Part shown: piece after piece, positions 19,476 to 29,640 of the stretch | How the letters are laid out: each line of letters starts with the position of its first letter | How positions within the stretch are numbered: position 1 is the stretch's first letter | Assembly (NCBI GenBank): GCA_965217585.1 | Contig: OZ244561.1 | Coordinates: 5,600,001-5,664,000, forward strand | Origin: Candidatus Latescibacterota bacterium | GTDB lineage: Bacteria; Latescibacterota; UBA2968; UBA8231 | DNA: 64,000 nt | Direction of reading: 5' to 3' | Notes under the pieces: generated by a model | What the model was told of the DNA's origin: nothing | Database searches by the model: none | The model's input: only the letters and a program-made list of their open reading frames with translations | Program-made: the position numbers and the translations under genes

Positions 19476-20027
19476 ATGCCGGATGTAATCGTCGTCGGAG
19501 ATGGGCCGGGCGGATTGAGCGCCGCGCTCTTCCTGGCCAAAAACGACATGAGCGTCACCGTCTTTGGCCAAGACAAGACCCTGATGCACAAGGCCATGCT
19601 GTACAATTATTTGGGCATTCCCAAGATCGCCGGACCCGAGTTCCAGCAGATCGGCCGCGGGCAGGTGCGCGGCTTTGGCGGGGAAGTTCAGGACGTCGAA
19701 GTCAGCCGCGTCGAAAAGGGCGAGGGGGGCTTTGTCGTTGAGACCGCCGATGGCCAAAGCCACCAAGCCCAATATCTGATCTTGGCTACCGGGCCGAGCA
19801 ATCCGCTGGCCGACGGCCTAGGCGTGGCCAAAGAAGCCGACGGGTTGGCGGCCGACCGCCATGGTCGCACCTCGGTCGAAGGGCTATACGTCATTGGCTG
19901 GAGCACCCGCCTGAAGAAGATCCAGGCCATTATCTCCGCCGGCGACGGGGCCTGCGCCGCGCTGGACATCCTCTCGGCCAAGGCCGGCGAGGACATCCAC
20001 GACTTCGACCTGATCGAAGACGAGTAG
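19476..20027 (+). CDS. Short thioredoxin-reductase-like FAD-dependent oxidoreductase
   Basis: VGDGPGGLSAA, ILATG, TSVEGLY, ISAGDG; AAGGAG RBS. Confidence 0.8.
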   Translation: MPDVIVVGDGPGGLSAALFLAKNDMSVTVFGQDKTLMHKAMLYNYLGIPKIAGPEFQQIGRGQVRGFGGEVQDVEVSRVEKGEGGFVVETADGQSHQAQYLILATGPSNPLADGLGVAKEADGLAADRHGRTSVEGLYVIGWSTRLKKIQAIISAGDGACAALDILSAKAGEDIHDFDLIEDE

Positions 20028-20028
20028 G

Positions 20029-20991
20029 CTACAGCGAGACGACGCGCCCTTCTATGGCGGATTGGGTCGCCGCGAGGGTCACGGCTAAGGTCTTGACCGC
20101 CTCTGAGTAGGGGCAGCGGATACCCGTGGCATCGCCGGTTTGCACGGCTTGGAGAAAGGCGCGATCCTCGGCTTGCGTTGGGTTGTTGCCCTGTTCGATG
20201 ACTTCCCGGCCGCTGGGCCGGTCGATGGTGAGCGCGCCGGATGTGATGCGCAGGACTTGGTTTTTTTGGTAGAGATCCAAGCCTACGTGCCCGCCTGTGG
20301 CGAGCATACAGGCCGAGGTGATGCTGGCCACCGCGCCGCTGTGGAAGCGGAGATTGGTGACAGAGGCGTCGTGGACATCGTAGTTTGGGACGTCTGCCAT
20401 CAGGCCGGTGCGCGCCATGGCGTGGACGCTCTCCACCTCTCCGAGCAGGTAGCGGGCCAAGTCGAAAATGTGCGTGGTTTGCTCGACGATCTGGCCGCCG
20501 CTCTCGGCCAACACCCGCCACCAAGACACCCCGGGCATGCCACCGGTCCAAGCACCGAGGGCAAAACCCACCGGCTCGTCGCCGATGCATTCGCTCGCTT
20601 TGGCGGTCGTATCCATATAGCGCCAGTGATAGCCCACAGCGCTGATCAGGTCTTGGCGGCGGATGGCCGCTTCAACGGTGTGGGCTTGTTGTAGGGAAGT
20701 CGCCACGGGTTTTTCCACGAAAATGGGCAAGCCGCGCTCAATGGCCGCCAGTTCGGGCTGCGCGTGGGCAAAAGGCGGCAGGCAGATATAAACCGCGTCC
20801 AGTGCCTCGCTGTCGTACAGAGTCTCATAGTGGCTGTAGGCTTTGCCGCCGTATTCGCTGGCTGCGGCTAGCGCCTTTTCCTCGACCACGTCGCAAAAGG
20901 CAACAAGCTTGGCCTCGTCGAGTTGGGCGAGGGTGCGTAGGTGGTGGTTGGCGATGCCGCCGGTGCCGACAAAGCCGATTCTGACCGTCAT
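20029..20991 (-). CDS. Gfo/Idh/MocA family oxidoreductase
   Basis: GTGGIA, FVEKP, GGQIVEQTTHIFD. Confidence 0.9.
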   Translation of the reverse strand: MTVRIGFVGTGGIANHHLRTLAQLDEAKLVAFCDVVEEKALAAASEYGGKAYSHYETLYDSEALDAVYICLPPFAHAQPELAAIERGLPIFVEKPVATSLQQAHTVEAAIRRQDLISAVGYHWRYMDTTAKASECIGDEPVGFALGAWTGGMPGVSWWRVLAESGGQIVEQTTHIFDLARYLLGEVESVHAMARTGLMADVPNYDVHDASVTNLRFHSGAVASITSACMLATGGHVGLDLYQKNQVLRITSGALTIDRPSGREVIEQGNNPTQAEDRAFLQAVQTGDATGIRCPYSEAVKTLAVTLAATQSAIEGRVVSL

Positions 20992-21071
20992 AGCGACCTC
21001 CTTTTAGCAGAAAATTCAATGATGGGCAAGGTGTTATACAGCGCGGCGCAGCCGCTGTCAAGCTGAGTACC

Positions 21072-22577
21072 ATGGCTGGACAGGATCGACAGGGTGGACG
21101 AGGTCGGCTGACCCGCAAGATCGGCGTCGTGGCCGCTGGGCGCGCGGTCGATACCCTCAGCATCATTGCGGTCAATGTGATGGCCGCCCACGCTTGGTCC
21201 CCAGAGGAATGCGGGCTGTTTGGGGCCGTCTGGGTGCTGGGCAGAGCGCTGATCCCGGTGTTTTTGTTCGGGCTGCCCCAAAGCCTGCTCTACTTTTTCC
21301 CCCGCCTAAAAGAACCCCGCCTACTCGCTGGTCAAGTGTTGGGCTGCCTGTCGCTGTCTGGCGTGGCGTTGACCGGGTGCCTGCTCTTGTGGGGGCCGCT
21401 CTTGGCCGGTGTGCTGGTGCAAGAGGCCGGCGATAGCGAGCAGGTCGCCGCGTACGTGCTGCCGTTTCTGCCCTATCTCTTTGCGATGATCGCCGCCGGT
21501 GGGGCCGAAGCCGCCTTAGTCGCAGCCGACCGCGAACACTACTTGGCGTGGCTGCAACTGGTGGCTAGCGGTGGCTTGCTCGCCGGAGCGTGGCTGGGCC
21601 TGAGTTGGGGCTGGATGCCCGCGCAGGTACTGCTGCTGTTTTCCGGGGTGGGTGTGGCGCGCTTGCTAGCCGCGTGTGGGTTGGTGCGGCAGGCACTAGG
21701 GGGCGGAAGCTGGTGGCGTTGGGCAGGGCTTGGCGAGTTGATACGCTATGCACGGCCCATTGGGCTGAACGACGCGATGGGGACGCTCTCGCGCAATGTG
21801 GATCGCTTTGTAGTCCTGTACTTCTTCGCGGCCGGCACCTTTGCCGAATACCATTTCGGGGCCATTGAGGTGCCGATCAGCCTGCTGCTGTCGTCGGTGA
21901 CAGCCGTGTTGATCCCGGAGGTCAGTCGGCTCTTTCAGGTGGGCCAGCTCCGCGAGATACTGGCGCTGTGGCAGCGCGCGGTCTCGCGCTTGGCCCTGTT
22001 GGTGTTGCCGCTGTCGGCCTTCCTGCTCGCTTTTGCCGGGCCGCTGATCGGCTGGCTCTTCCCGGAATACGACCGCTCGGCTTGGGTCTTCCGCATCTAT
22101 CTATTGGTGCTGCCACTGCGCTGCGCCGCGTACAATCCGCTGCTGGTGGGCATGGGCAAGGCCCGCTGGGTGCTGTGGGGTAGCGTGGGGGATCTGTGCT
22201 GCAATATCGGCTTGAGCTTGGCGTTGATTGGGTACTTACAGGCGGCGCACCCCGAGTGGGCCTTCCTCGGCCCGGCCGTAGCCACCACCCTGGTGACGTA
22301 CTTGCAGGTGGCCTTCTTGTTGGCGGCTATTGGTTGGCACTTGCGCTGTGGCTGGCACCGGCTTCTGCCTTGGGGCCGCCTGCTGAGGATCGGCGCGGGA
22401 GCCGGGGTGGCCGCCGTGGTTAGCCGCTGGGTTAGCGCGGGCTTAGGTGGCGACTTTTTGCAGGTAACTGTAGGGGGGATGTGCTTTGCGGTACTGGTAG
22501 CCGTTTTGGCTTGGGCCCATCCGCAGGACCGCGCGGAACTGACCCACACTTGGCGGGCGTTGACGCGGATGCGCTAG
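21072..22577 (+). CDS. Oligosaccharide flippase (Wzx/MOP family)
   Basis: About 12-14 hydrophobic segments; FGLPQSLLYF, NVDRFVV motifs. Confidence 0.8.
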   Translation: MAGQDRQGGRGRLTRKIGVVAAGRAVDTLSIIAVNVMAAHAWSPEECGLFGAVWVLGRALIPVFLFGLPQSLLYFFPRLKEPRLLAGQVLGCLSLSGVALTGCLLLWGPLLAGVLVQEAGDSEQVAAYVLPFLPYLFAMIAAGGAEAALVAADREHYLAWLQLVASGGLLAGAWLGLSWGWMPAQVLLLFSGVGVARLLAACGLVRQALGGGSWWRWAGLGELIRYARPIGLNDAMGTLSRNVDRFVVLYFFAAGTFAEYHFGAIEVPISLLLSSVTAVLIPEVSRLFQVGQLREILALWQRAVSRLALLVLPLSAFLLAFAGPLIGWLFPEYDRSAWVFRIYLLVLPLRCAAYNPLLVGMGKARWVLWGSVGDLCCNIGLSLALIGYLQAAHPEWAFLGPAVATTLVTYLQVAFLLAAIGWHLRCGWHRLLPWGRLLRIGAGAGVAAVVSRWVSAGLGGDFLQVTVGGMCFAVLVAVLAWAHPQDRAELTHTWRALTRMR

Positions 22578-22861
22578 GCACTGAGAAGGGCGCTGGCGAT
22601 TTCCTCCCATTCTTCGGGCAGCGACGCCTCGCTGTGCGGCTTGTGCGCCCGCCGGTACCAATAGCCGGCGTTGCTTTCGTCGCCCTCGACCCGGTGTAAA
22701 TAAGCGTGGACCCAAGCTCCGGTAGGGTCGGGTGCTTGTTGGGCTAGCTCGTGGGCTTTATCCCATTGGCCCTTGGCCTCGTACCAGAGTGCTTGCAGGG
22801 CGTGGGAGGTCGCCGGTGGGGTCTGTTCTTGCAGGCTCAGTTTGAAGGCTTTGAGGTCCAT
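22574..22861 (-). CDS. Conserved hypothetical protein
   Basis: WDKAHELAQ...WVHAYLHRVEGD..NAGYWY; GGAG RBS. Confidence 0.75.
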   Translation of the reverse strand: MDLKAFKLSLQEQTPPATSHALQALWYEAKGQWDKAHELAQQAPDPTGAWVHAYLHRVEGDESNAGYWYRRAHKPHSEASLPEEWEEIASALLSA

Positions 22862-23008
22862 AATGGTAGGCTCCAGTCGTCGTGTGTCCCTTAATATAGG
22901 CTATCTCGGCGCGGCTATCCACCGGCGCGCACGTCTTGCCAAAAAAGCGCGGCAATCTCTATATTTAGAGCCTTTAACTTGATACGAAACAAGGAATTGG
23001 GCAAAGAT

Positions 23009-24301
23009 ATGTCAGTAGGAGTGGGCTTGATCGGTTTGGGCACGGTCGGCAGCGGCGTGGTCGAGCTGTTGCAGGACGTGCCCGCGTCGCTGCGGCGGCG
23101 CAAGCAGGTGGATTTTGCATTGCAATGCGTGGCCGTGCGCGACTTGGCCAAGCCGCGCAGCCCCGCCTTGGCACCGGAGCTTTTGACCACGGACGCCAGC
23201 GCAGTCGTGGCCAACCCGGATGTGCAACTGGTGGTGGAATTGACAGGCGCTCCCCCGGCCTTTGAGTGGGTGAGCGAGGCCCTGCGGCAGGGCAAGGATG
23301 TGGTGACGGCCAACAAGGCCCTGCTCGCCGAGCGAGGTGAGGAGCTTTTTGCACTGGCGCTGGCCAATGGGGCAGATTTGATGTTTGAAGCCAGCGTCGC
23401 GGCCGGCATCCCCATCATCCGCTCGTTGCGCAACGGCTTGGTGGCCAATCGCGTCGAGTCCCTGTACGGCATTCTCAACGGCACCACCAACTACATGCTC
23501 ACGCGCATGAGTCGCGGCGCGGGCGACTACGCCGACGTTCTCAAAGAAGCTCAAGACCAAGGCTATGCCGAGCCGGACCCGACCATGGACGTGAGCGGTA
23601 TGGACGCCGCGCAGAAGTTGGCCATCCTCTGTCGTATTGCCTTTCACTGCACGGGCACGGGCCGCGACGTGTTTTGCGAGGGGATTGAGCAAATCGAGAG
23701 TCGGGACATTGAATACGCCCGCGAGTTGGGGTATGCGATCAAGCTGCTGGCCATTGCCAAGCAGCAGGACGGGCGCGTCGAGGCCCGGGTGCATCCGGCC
23801 ATGGTGCCGGAGGACGCGCTGTTGGCCAACATCCACGACGAATTCAACGCCATCCAGGTGCAGGGGTCTGCGGTGGGGCCGCAAGTATTTTCCGGTCGCG
23901 GCGCCGGGCGGCTACCCACGGCCAGCGCGGTGGTGGCGGATATGGTCGAACTAGTCGAGCGCAAGGCCGCCGGAGCCAGCACGTCCATCGGCGACATGAT
24001 CTTGGGCGAGGACGCCGCCGCGGTCGTGTCCATTGAGGACGTGCAGATGCGCTACTTCATGCGCGTCTTAGTCCGCGACCAGCCCGGGGTGCTCGCGGGT
24101 ATCGCACGCATCTTGGCCGAGGAGCGCATCAGCATTGCCTCGGTCATCCAAAAGGAGCGCGACTTCGAGGGCGGCTCGGTGCCGCTGGTCATCGTCACCC
24201 ACGAAGCGCGTGAAGCCGCGATGCAGCGGGCGCAGCAGGCCGTGGCCGCACTCGATGCGGTGCAGGGGTCGGTCAAACTCATCCGCATGGAGGATCTCTA
24301 G
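23009..24301 (+). CDS. hom: Homoserine dehydrogenase with ACT domain
   Basis: GLGTVGSG, VVTANKA, FEASVAAGIPII, GILNGTTNY, C-terminal ACT (DQPGVLA). Confidence 0.95.
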   Translation: MSVGVGLIGLGTVGSGVVELLQDVPASLRRRKQVDFALQCVAVRDLAKPRSPALAPELLTTDASAVVANPDVQLVVELTGAPPAFEWVSEALRQGKDVVTANKALLAERGEELFALALANGADLMFEASVAAGIPIIRSLRNGLVANRVESLYGILNGTTNYMLTRMSRGAGDYADVLKEAQDQGYAEPDPTMDVSGMDAAQKLAILCRIAFHCTGTGRDVFCEGIEQIESRDIEYARELGYAIKLLAIAKQQDGRVEARVHPAMVPEDALLANIHDEFNAIQVQGSAVGPQVFSGRGAGRLPTASAVVADMVELVERKAAGASTSIGDMILGEDAAAVVSIEDVQMRYFMRVLVRDQPGVLAGIARILAEERISIASVIQKERDFEGGSVPLVIVTHEAREAAMQRAQQAVAALDAVQGSVKLIRMEDL

Positions 24302-24302
24302 C

Positions 24303-25493
24303 GTGCGCTACATCGTATTGGTGCCCGATGGGGCGGCGGACTATCCGCTCGATGAACTGGGCGGGCAGACCCCGTTGGAGGCGGCCGCCACGCCCTGCAT
24401 GGATCGCTTGGCCCGCGAGGGGACTGGGGGGTTGGTGCAGATGATCCCGGCGCAGCGGCATCCAGGCAGCGATATCGGCAACCTCGAAATTTTCGGCTAC
24501 GACAGCCGGGTACACTACACGGGTCGCGCGCCGTTGGAAGCAGCGAGCATGGGCGTCGATCTGGGCGACGACGGGGTGGCCTTCCGCCTGAACCTGATCT
24601 ACGGAGAAGGCGACGTGCTGGTCGATTACAGCGCCGGCCACATCGCCAGCGAAGAAGCGGCCGAACTGGTAGATGCCTTGGCGGCCGAGTTGGGGGGACC
24701 GTCGTTGCGCTTCTATCCCGGGGTGGGCTATCGCCATTTGCTGGTGTGGGAGCGCGGTCCGGAAGAAGTGGAAACCTATCCGCCGCACGACATCATGGGC
24801 GAGTCCATGGCCGCGCATGAGCCTACGGGTGCCGGGGCCGAGAAAATCCGCGCGCTCATGGACGCGGCTGGCCCCATTCTCGCAGCCTCGCCGGTCAATG
24901 CAGCCCGCTCCGCTCGCGGGGAGCGGCCGGCCAACGCGATATGGCTCTGGGGATCCGGGCGCGCGCTGCGCTTGACACCCTTGTCGGCGCGCTATGGGTT
25001 GCAGGGTGGCGTTATCTCGGCCGTTGACTTGGTGCGCGGGATCGGCAAGAGCGCGGGCTTAGAGGTCATCGACGTGCCCGGTATCACCGGGTATCTCGAC
25101 ACCAACTACGAGGGCAAGGCCGAATACGCGCTGGCGACCTTGCAGCGCGCCGATTTTGTCTATGTCCACGTCGAGGCCCCGGACGAAGCCGGGCACAACG
25201 GCGATCCGCAGGCCAAGGTGCAGGCCATTGAGGATTTTGACGGCCGCGTCGTCGGCCCGATCTTGGCGGGGCTAGAATCGATGGGGCCGCATCGGGTGCT
25301 GCTTACCCCGGACCACCGCACGCCCATTGTGCGGCGCACCCACAGCCGCGAGCCAGTGCCCTTTGCGCTATGGGGAACGGGGATTGCAGCCGACTCGATG
25401 CAAGCCTATGGAGAGCGGGCGGCTGAGTGGGGTAGTATGCAGGTAGAACGCGGACATGTATTGATGGATTATCTCACGAGGGAATACAAGTGA
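24303..25493 (+). CDS. apgM: Cofactor-independent phosphoglycerate mutase family (ApgM; proposed homoserine-kinase-like subfamily)
   Basis: DGAAD, PGSD, GRAPLEA, HVEAPDEAGH, PDHRTP. Confidence 0.85.
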   Translation: MRYIVLVPDGAADYPLDELGGQTPLEAAATPCMDRLAREGTGGLVQMIPAQRHPGSDIGNLEIFGYDSRVHYTGRAPLEAASMGVDLGDDGVAFRLNLIYGEGDVLVDYSAGHIASEEAAELVDALAAELGGPSLRFYPGVGYRHLLVWERGPEEVETYPPHDIMGESMAAHEPTGAGAEKIRALMDAAGPILAASPVNAARSARGERPANAIWLWGSGRALRLTPLSARYGLQGGVISAVDLVRGIGKSAGLEVIDVPGITGYLDTNYEGKAEYALATLQRADFVYVHVEAPDEAGHNGDPQAKVQAIEDFDGRVVGPILAGLESMGPHRVLLTPDHRTPIVRRTHSREPVPFALWGTGIAADSMQAYGERAAEWGSMQVERGHVLMDYLTREYK

Positions 25494-26512
25494 CCGACAC
25501 GTACAACGTAGCTATTATGGGCGCGACTGGCGCCGTAGGGCAGGTGCTGTTAGAAATACTCGCCGAGCGCGACTTTCCCGTCGGCGAGCTGCGGCTGTTG
25601 GCCTCGGCCCGCTCGGCTGGGCGCGCCATTCCCTTTAACGGCGGCTCGATTCAGGTACAGGAGCTGGGGGCGGATTCTTTTGCCGGCGTGGATATCGTCT
25701 TGGCCTCGGCCGGGGGCAGCTTGAGCAAGCGGTTTAACCCGCACGCGGTGGCGGCGGGCGCGGTGGTCGTCGATAATACGTCGGCCTATCGCATGGACCC
25801 GGACGTGCCGCTGGTAGTGCCTGAGATCAACCCCGAGGACTTGGCGGCACACCGCGGCATCATCGCCAATCCGAATTGTTCGACGATCATCATGGACGTG
25901 GTGGTCTGGCCGCTCTATCAGCGGCGGCGGATCAAGCGCATCGTGGTCTCGACCTATCAGGCCGTCAGTGGCGCGGGGGCACGGGCCATGCGGGAGCTAG
26001 AGACGCAGACGCGGCAGGTGCTCGCCGGGCAGCCGGCCGAGCCGGCTGAATTTCTGCACCCGATCGCCTTTAATTTATTTTCGCACGATTCGGCTGTCGG
26101 GCCGGAGGGGTATTGCGAAGAAGAGCTGAAAATGGTGCGCGAGACCCGCAAGATGTTCCACGATGACGCGCTGCAGATCTCGGCCACGACCATTCGCGTG
26201 CCCGTACTGCGGGCGCATTCCGAGGCGATCAACGTGGAGTTTGCCTCGCCCTTTCCGGCTGCCGAGGCCGAAGCTATCTTGGCGCAGGCCGCAGGTGTGC
26301 GGATCGTGGATGATCCCGCGCAGAACCATTTCCCCATGCCGATTGAGGCCTCCGGCTGCGACGAGGTGCTGGTCGGGCGCATTCGCCAGGATATTTCGCG
26401 GCCCGAAGGGACCGGGCTGGACTTGTGGGTCAGCGGCGATCAGTTGCGCAAGGGAGCGGCCCTAAACGCCGTGCAAATCGCCGAGGAGCTCATCGCGCGA
26501 AAATTGTTATAA
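25490..26512 (+). CDS. asd: Aspartate-semialdehyde dehydrogenase
   Basis: GATGAVG, ANPNCST, STYQAVSGAG, LRKGAALNAVQIAE. Confidence 0.95.
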   Translation: MTDTYNVAIMGATGAVGQVLLEILAERDFPVGELRLLASARSAGRAIPFNGGSIQVQELGADSFAGVDIVLASAGGSLSKRFNPHAVAAGAVVVDNTSAYRMDPDVPLVVPEINPEDLAAHRGIIANPNCSTIIMDVVVWPLYQRRRIKRIVVSTYQAVSGAGARAMRELETQTRQVLAGQPAEPAEFLHPIAFNLFSHDSAVGPEGYCEEELKMVRETRKMFHDDALQISATTIRVPVLRAHSEAINVEFASPFPAAEAEAILAQAAGVRIVDDPAQNHFPMPIEASGCDEVLVGRIRQDISRPEGTGLDLWVSGDQLRKGAALNAVQIAEELIARKLL

Positions 26513-26528
26513 CGAGGGAGAAACCGCC

Positions 26529-27374
26529 ATGGATGTTTTGAGCCGGGAAGAACTTGATTTCTTTGCCGAACAAGGGTACGTCGTCGCTCGTCAGGTAATC
26601 GACCGCGACCAAGCCGAGCGCACCGGGCGGGCGGTGTGGGCGTTTACCGGCATGGACCCGGACGATCCCGGGACTTGGTATCCAGAGGATCGGCGCGGCA
26701 TCATGGTCGAGATTTACCACCACCAGGCCATGTGGGACAACCGCACAGCCCCCCGGGTCCACCGGGCCTTCAGCCAGATTTGGGGCACGGAAAAGCTGTG
26801 GGTCAGCCACGACCGAGCCAGCATCAGTCCGCCGGTCTTAGACCAAGATGCGCCCGAGCATAACCCGCATTGGGACGCGAAAGATGCGCCCGAGCACAAT
26901 TTGCACTGGGACGCGTCCTTGGATAAGCGTCCGTTGCCTTTTGGGGTACAGGGCGTGCTCTATCTGAACGACACGCCGGCTGAGCAGGGGGCCTTTATCT
27001 GCGTGCCGATGTTCCACCAGCGCCTAGAGGCGTGGCTCGACGAGCTGCCAGAAGGGGCCAACCCCCGCGAGCAAGACCTGCTGGCCTTGGGCTCGCGACG
27101 CATTGGTGCCGAAGCGGGCGACCTGGTTATCTGGCGCACGGCCCTGCCGCACACGGCGAGCGTCAATCGCGGCAGCACGCCTCGCGTGGCTCAGTACATC
27201 ACCATGAATCCAGCCGGCGAAGGCGAAGAGGCGCGGCGGTTGCGCACGGACTTTTGGCAGCGGCGACTGTCCGGGCTGGGGCGCTACGCCGAGGAACGCG
27301 AGCACCGCGAAGAGAAGACGGCTGAGTTGACGAGTGTGGGGCGGAAGCTGGCTGGGGTGGATCCTTGGGATTGA
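26529..27374 (+). CDS. Phytanoyl-CoA dioxygenase (PhyH) family protein
   Basis: FFAEQGYVV, HWD, QGVLYL, GDLVIW..ALPH. Confidence 0.85.
   Translation: MDVLSREELDFFAEQGYVVARQVIDRDQAERTGRAVWAFTGMDPDDPGTWYPEDRRGIMVEIYHHQAMWDNRTAPRVHRAFSQIWGTEKLWVSHDRASISPPVLDQDAPEHNPHWDAKDAPEHNLHWDASLDKRPLPFGVQGVLYLNDTPAEQGAFICVPMFHQRLEAWLDELPEGANPREQDLLALGSRRIGAEAGDLVIWRTALPHTASVNRGSTPRVAQYITMNPAGEGEEARRLRTDFWQRRLSGLGRYAEEREHREEKTAELTSVGRKLAGVDPWD
26845..26916 (+). repeat. In-frame 36-bp tandem duplication
   Basis: DAPEHNPHWDAK / DAPEHNLHWDAS. Confidence 0.9.
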
Positions 27375-27495
27375 GGGAGAAGCGAAAAAAGACTGAGAAT
27401 GTCTTGGGGCGTGCGGGCGTGGCGAATCCCGTTCCGGCAATGGGCAGATACCATTCCTACCTCTAAAATCGGATTTTAAGACGACGGCACAGCAG

Positions 27496-27657
27496 TCAAC
27501 TGTAGCACTGTACTTTGTGCCCAAGCTGTCGACACCAGACCGCTATCACTTGAGGCATGATACTCATGAACTGCTTTTGAAAAGAGAAGCGATAGAACCT
27601 AGATGTCCAATTGCTTGGAATCTCATCGGATAGAATATCAATAATGCCGATTCTCAT
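27496..27657 (-). pseudogene. 5' stub of a probable B12-binding radical SAM protein
   Basis: AAGGAG RBS; MRIGIIDIL...SIMPQVIAVWCRQLGHKV; stops after 53 aa. Confidence 0.55.
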
Positions 27658-27687
27658 AATATCTCCTTGTGGACGCCCTGTTGGCCC

Positions 27688-29640
27688 TCAGCGCACCAAC
27701 GTCATCTTCCCGGTCCGCACCCCGCCCGCAGCGGCCAAGCGATACAGGTACACGCCGCTGGCCACCGCCCGCCCCGCGTCGTCGCGCCCATCCCATCGCG
27801 CCAGATGCCACCCTGGAGCTGCCACACCCTGCACGAGGGTCCGCACCTGCTGGCCGTTCAACGCATAGATCGCTATGTGCACCGGCCCGGCGGCCGGCAA
27901 CGCGTAGCGGATCGCGGTCGTTGCGTTGAATGGGTTGGGATAATTCGCGGCCAACGCCAGTGCGGCAGGCTGCGACGCGGCCTCGTGGAGCACGGCCGTC
28001 AGCGCCGGTCCCACAATCCGCAGCTCGTCGAACCAGAACTGGATCCCGTCTAAGGGGTGGTGCTCGGCCACGATGTCGAAGCGATCAACCGCCTGCCAGT
28101 CGAACGCGCCGATCGGATTGAACCACTCATTCTCCCAAGCCCCGTGCTCGGCGAAGTCGCCAAGCGGCACCCGCACCTTATGCCACGCGCCGTCCCAAGC
28201 GGCCACCTGCTCATCTATCGTATAGCGCACGCGCCAAGGGTGATCGTCCGGATCTTCCGTATCCGTATCGACCAAGCGAATGTCAAACGACGACCCCGGG
28301 GTATCCCCCCGCACCCAGAGTTCGACCGCATAGCCAGTCGCGGCCAACGCGGACAGATCCTTAAAGGGCTTGAAGTCGAAGCCAATGAACCCGTAGAGCG
28401 GCACCCCAGTCCAGCGCATGCAGTAGCGGTCCACCGCTGGATCCGCTTCGTCATAGTAATCGACCACGCCTTCACTGAGGTGGTTGGACTCGACCATGTC
28501 CGGGCCGAGGAAGTCTTCGTAGAGCACAAAATCCTGCTGGTCTGGCTCGGCCACAAAATCCCGTTGCGGCGGCACGTTCAGCCCCAACGCCTCCAACAGC
28601 GGCACGTTCAGGTCAAACTCGAACAACTCGCTCGATCCGCGCTCAAACAGCCCAAAACCGCCTCGGTAGTCCCAAATCGTCCACGCAATACCCCGGTCTT
28701 CCAAGTGCTGCCGCACCACCTCGTACCACAAGACGCGGTCGCTGTTGTCGCTGTTGGGGCTGTACACCCCAAACTCCCCGCAAAACAGCGGCACCCCGCG
28801 GTCCTTCCGAAAGGCCGCGGCCTCGTCGATCAGTATGCGCACCTGCGCGATGGTGCCCTCTTGGCTGTAATTGCCCAGCGCAGTGCCGACCCACGTGCCC
28901 TGCAAGGACGAGGGCAACGCCGGCATGCGCGCCCGCTCGTAGGGAAAGGGCACGCCGCGCAGCGGCACCAGGGAGGGATTGGCCCAGCTAGCGCCTTGGT
29001 GGGTAAAGACGAAAGGCTCGTAGAAGTGAAACGTGTACACGAGGTTGTCATCGGCAAAGACCGGCATCCGCTGCAGGTTGCGGAAGCTGTTCCAGTTGGC
29101 CGGGCCAACCACGATTGCGTGCTGTTGATCGACCAGCCGAATCGCGTCGATCACCTGCTGCTGAATCGCGTTCCAAGCCGCGTCGCTAATGCCGTGCGGC
29201 TCGTTGAGGATCTCGTAGTAGAGCTGGGCCGGATGCGTGGCAAAGTGCGCGGCAAGCTGGGTCCACACCGGCACCAGCACGTCGCCGATATCCGGTGAGG
29301 TACTCACCGCCGGATCGAACGTGTGGTTGTCCAAAATCAGATGCAGCCCCAACTCGTCGGCCCAATCTGCGATTTGATCGAGAAAGGAGTAGAGCAAGGG
29401 ATCGATGCGATAGTCCGGCGGCCCGCTGGTCATGGCGTGCAGGTTAATCGGCAGGCGCACCACGTCGCAGCCGAGCTGCTGGATCTGCGCGAAGTCGGCC
29501 CGGCCAAATTTGGCAAAGTGCACGTTCTGCGCACTGGACGCTTGCAGCCAATTGGTCAGGTTGACGCCCCGTCGGAACGGGATTTCGGCGCTCCACGTAG
29601 CGGTGGTCCAACACAAAAGCATGAGACAAACTTTTCGCAC
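27688..29640 (-). CDS. Secreted GH5 glycoside hydrolase + CBM-like module + FlgD-Ig/sorting domain
   Basis: Signal peptide; RGVNL, EILNEP (acid/base), HFYEP, CGEFG (nucleophile); NYPNPFN...WDGRDDAG..VASGVY. Confidence 0.9.
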   Translation of the reverse strand: MRKVCLMLLCWTTATWSAEIPFRRGVNLTNWLQASSAQNVHFAKFGRADFAQIQQLGCDVVRLPINLHAMTSGPPDYRIDPLLYSFLDQIADWADELGLHLILDNHTFDPAVSTSPDIGDVLVPVWTQLAAHFATHPAQLYYEILNEPHGISDAAWNAIQQQVIDAIRLVDQQHAIVVGPANWNSFRNLQRMPVFADDNLVYTFHFYEPFVFTHQGASWANPSLVPLRGVPFPYERARMPALPSSLQGTWVGTALGNYSQEGTIAQVRILIDEAAAFRKDRGVPLFCGEFGVYSPNSDNSDRVLWYEVVRQHLEDRGIAWTIWDYRGGFGLFERGSSELFEFDLNVPLLEALGLNVPPQRDFVAEPDQQDFVLYEDFLGPDMVESNHLSEGVVDYYDEADPAVDRYCMRWTGVPLYGFIGFDFKPFKDLSALAATGYAVELWVRGDTPGSSFDIRLVDTDTEDPDDHPWRVRYTIDEQVAAWDGAWHKVRVPLGDFAEHGAWENEWFNPIGAFDWQAVDRFDIVAEHHPLDGIQFWFDELRIVGPALTAVLHEAASQPAALALAANYPNPFNATTAIRYALPAAGPVHIAIYALNGQQVRTLVQGVAAPGWHLARWDGRDDAGRAVASGVYLYRLAAAGGVRTGKMTLVR

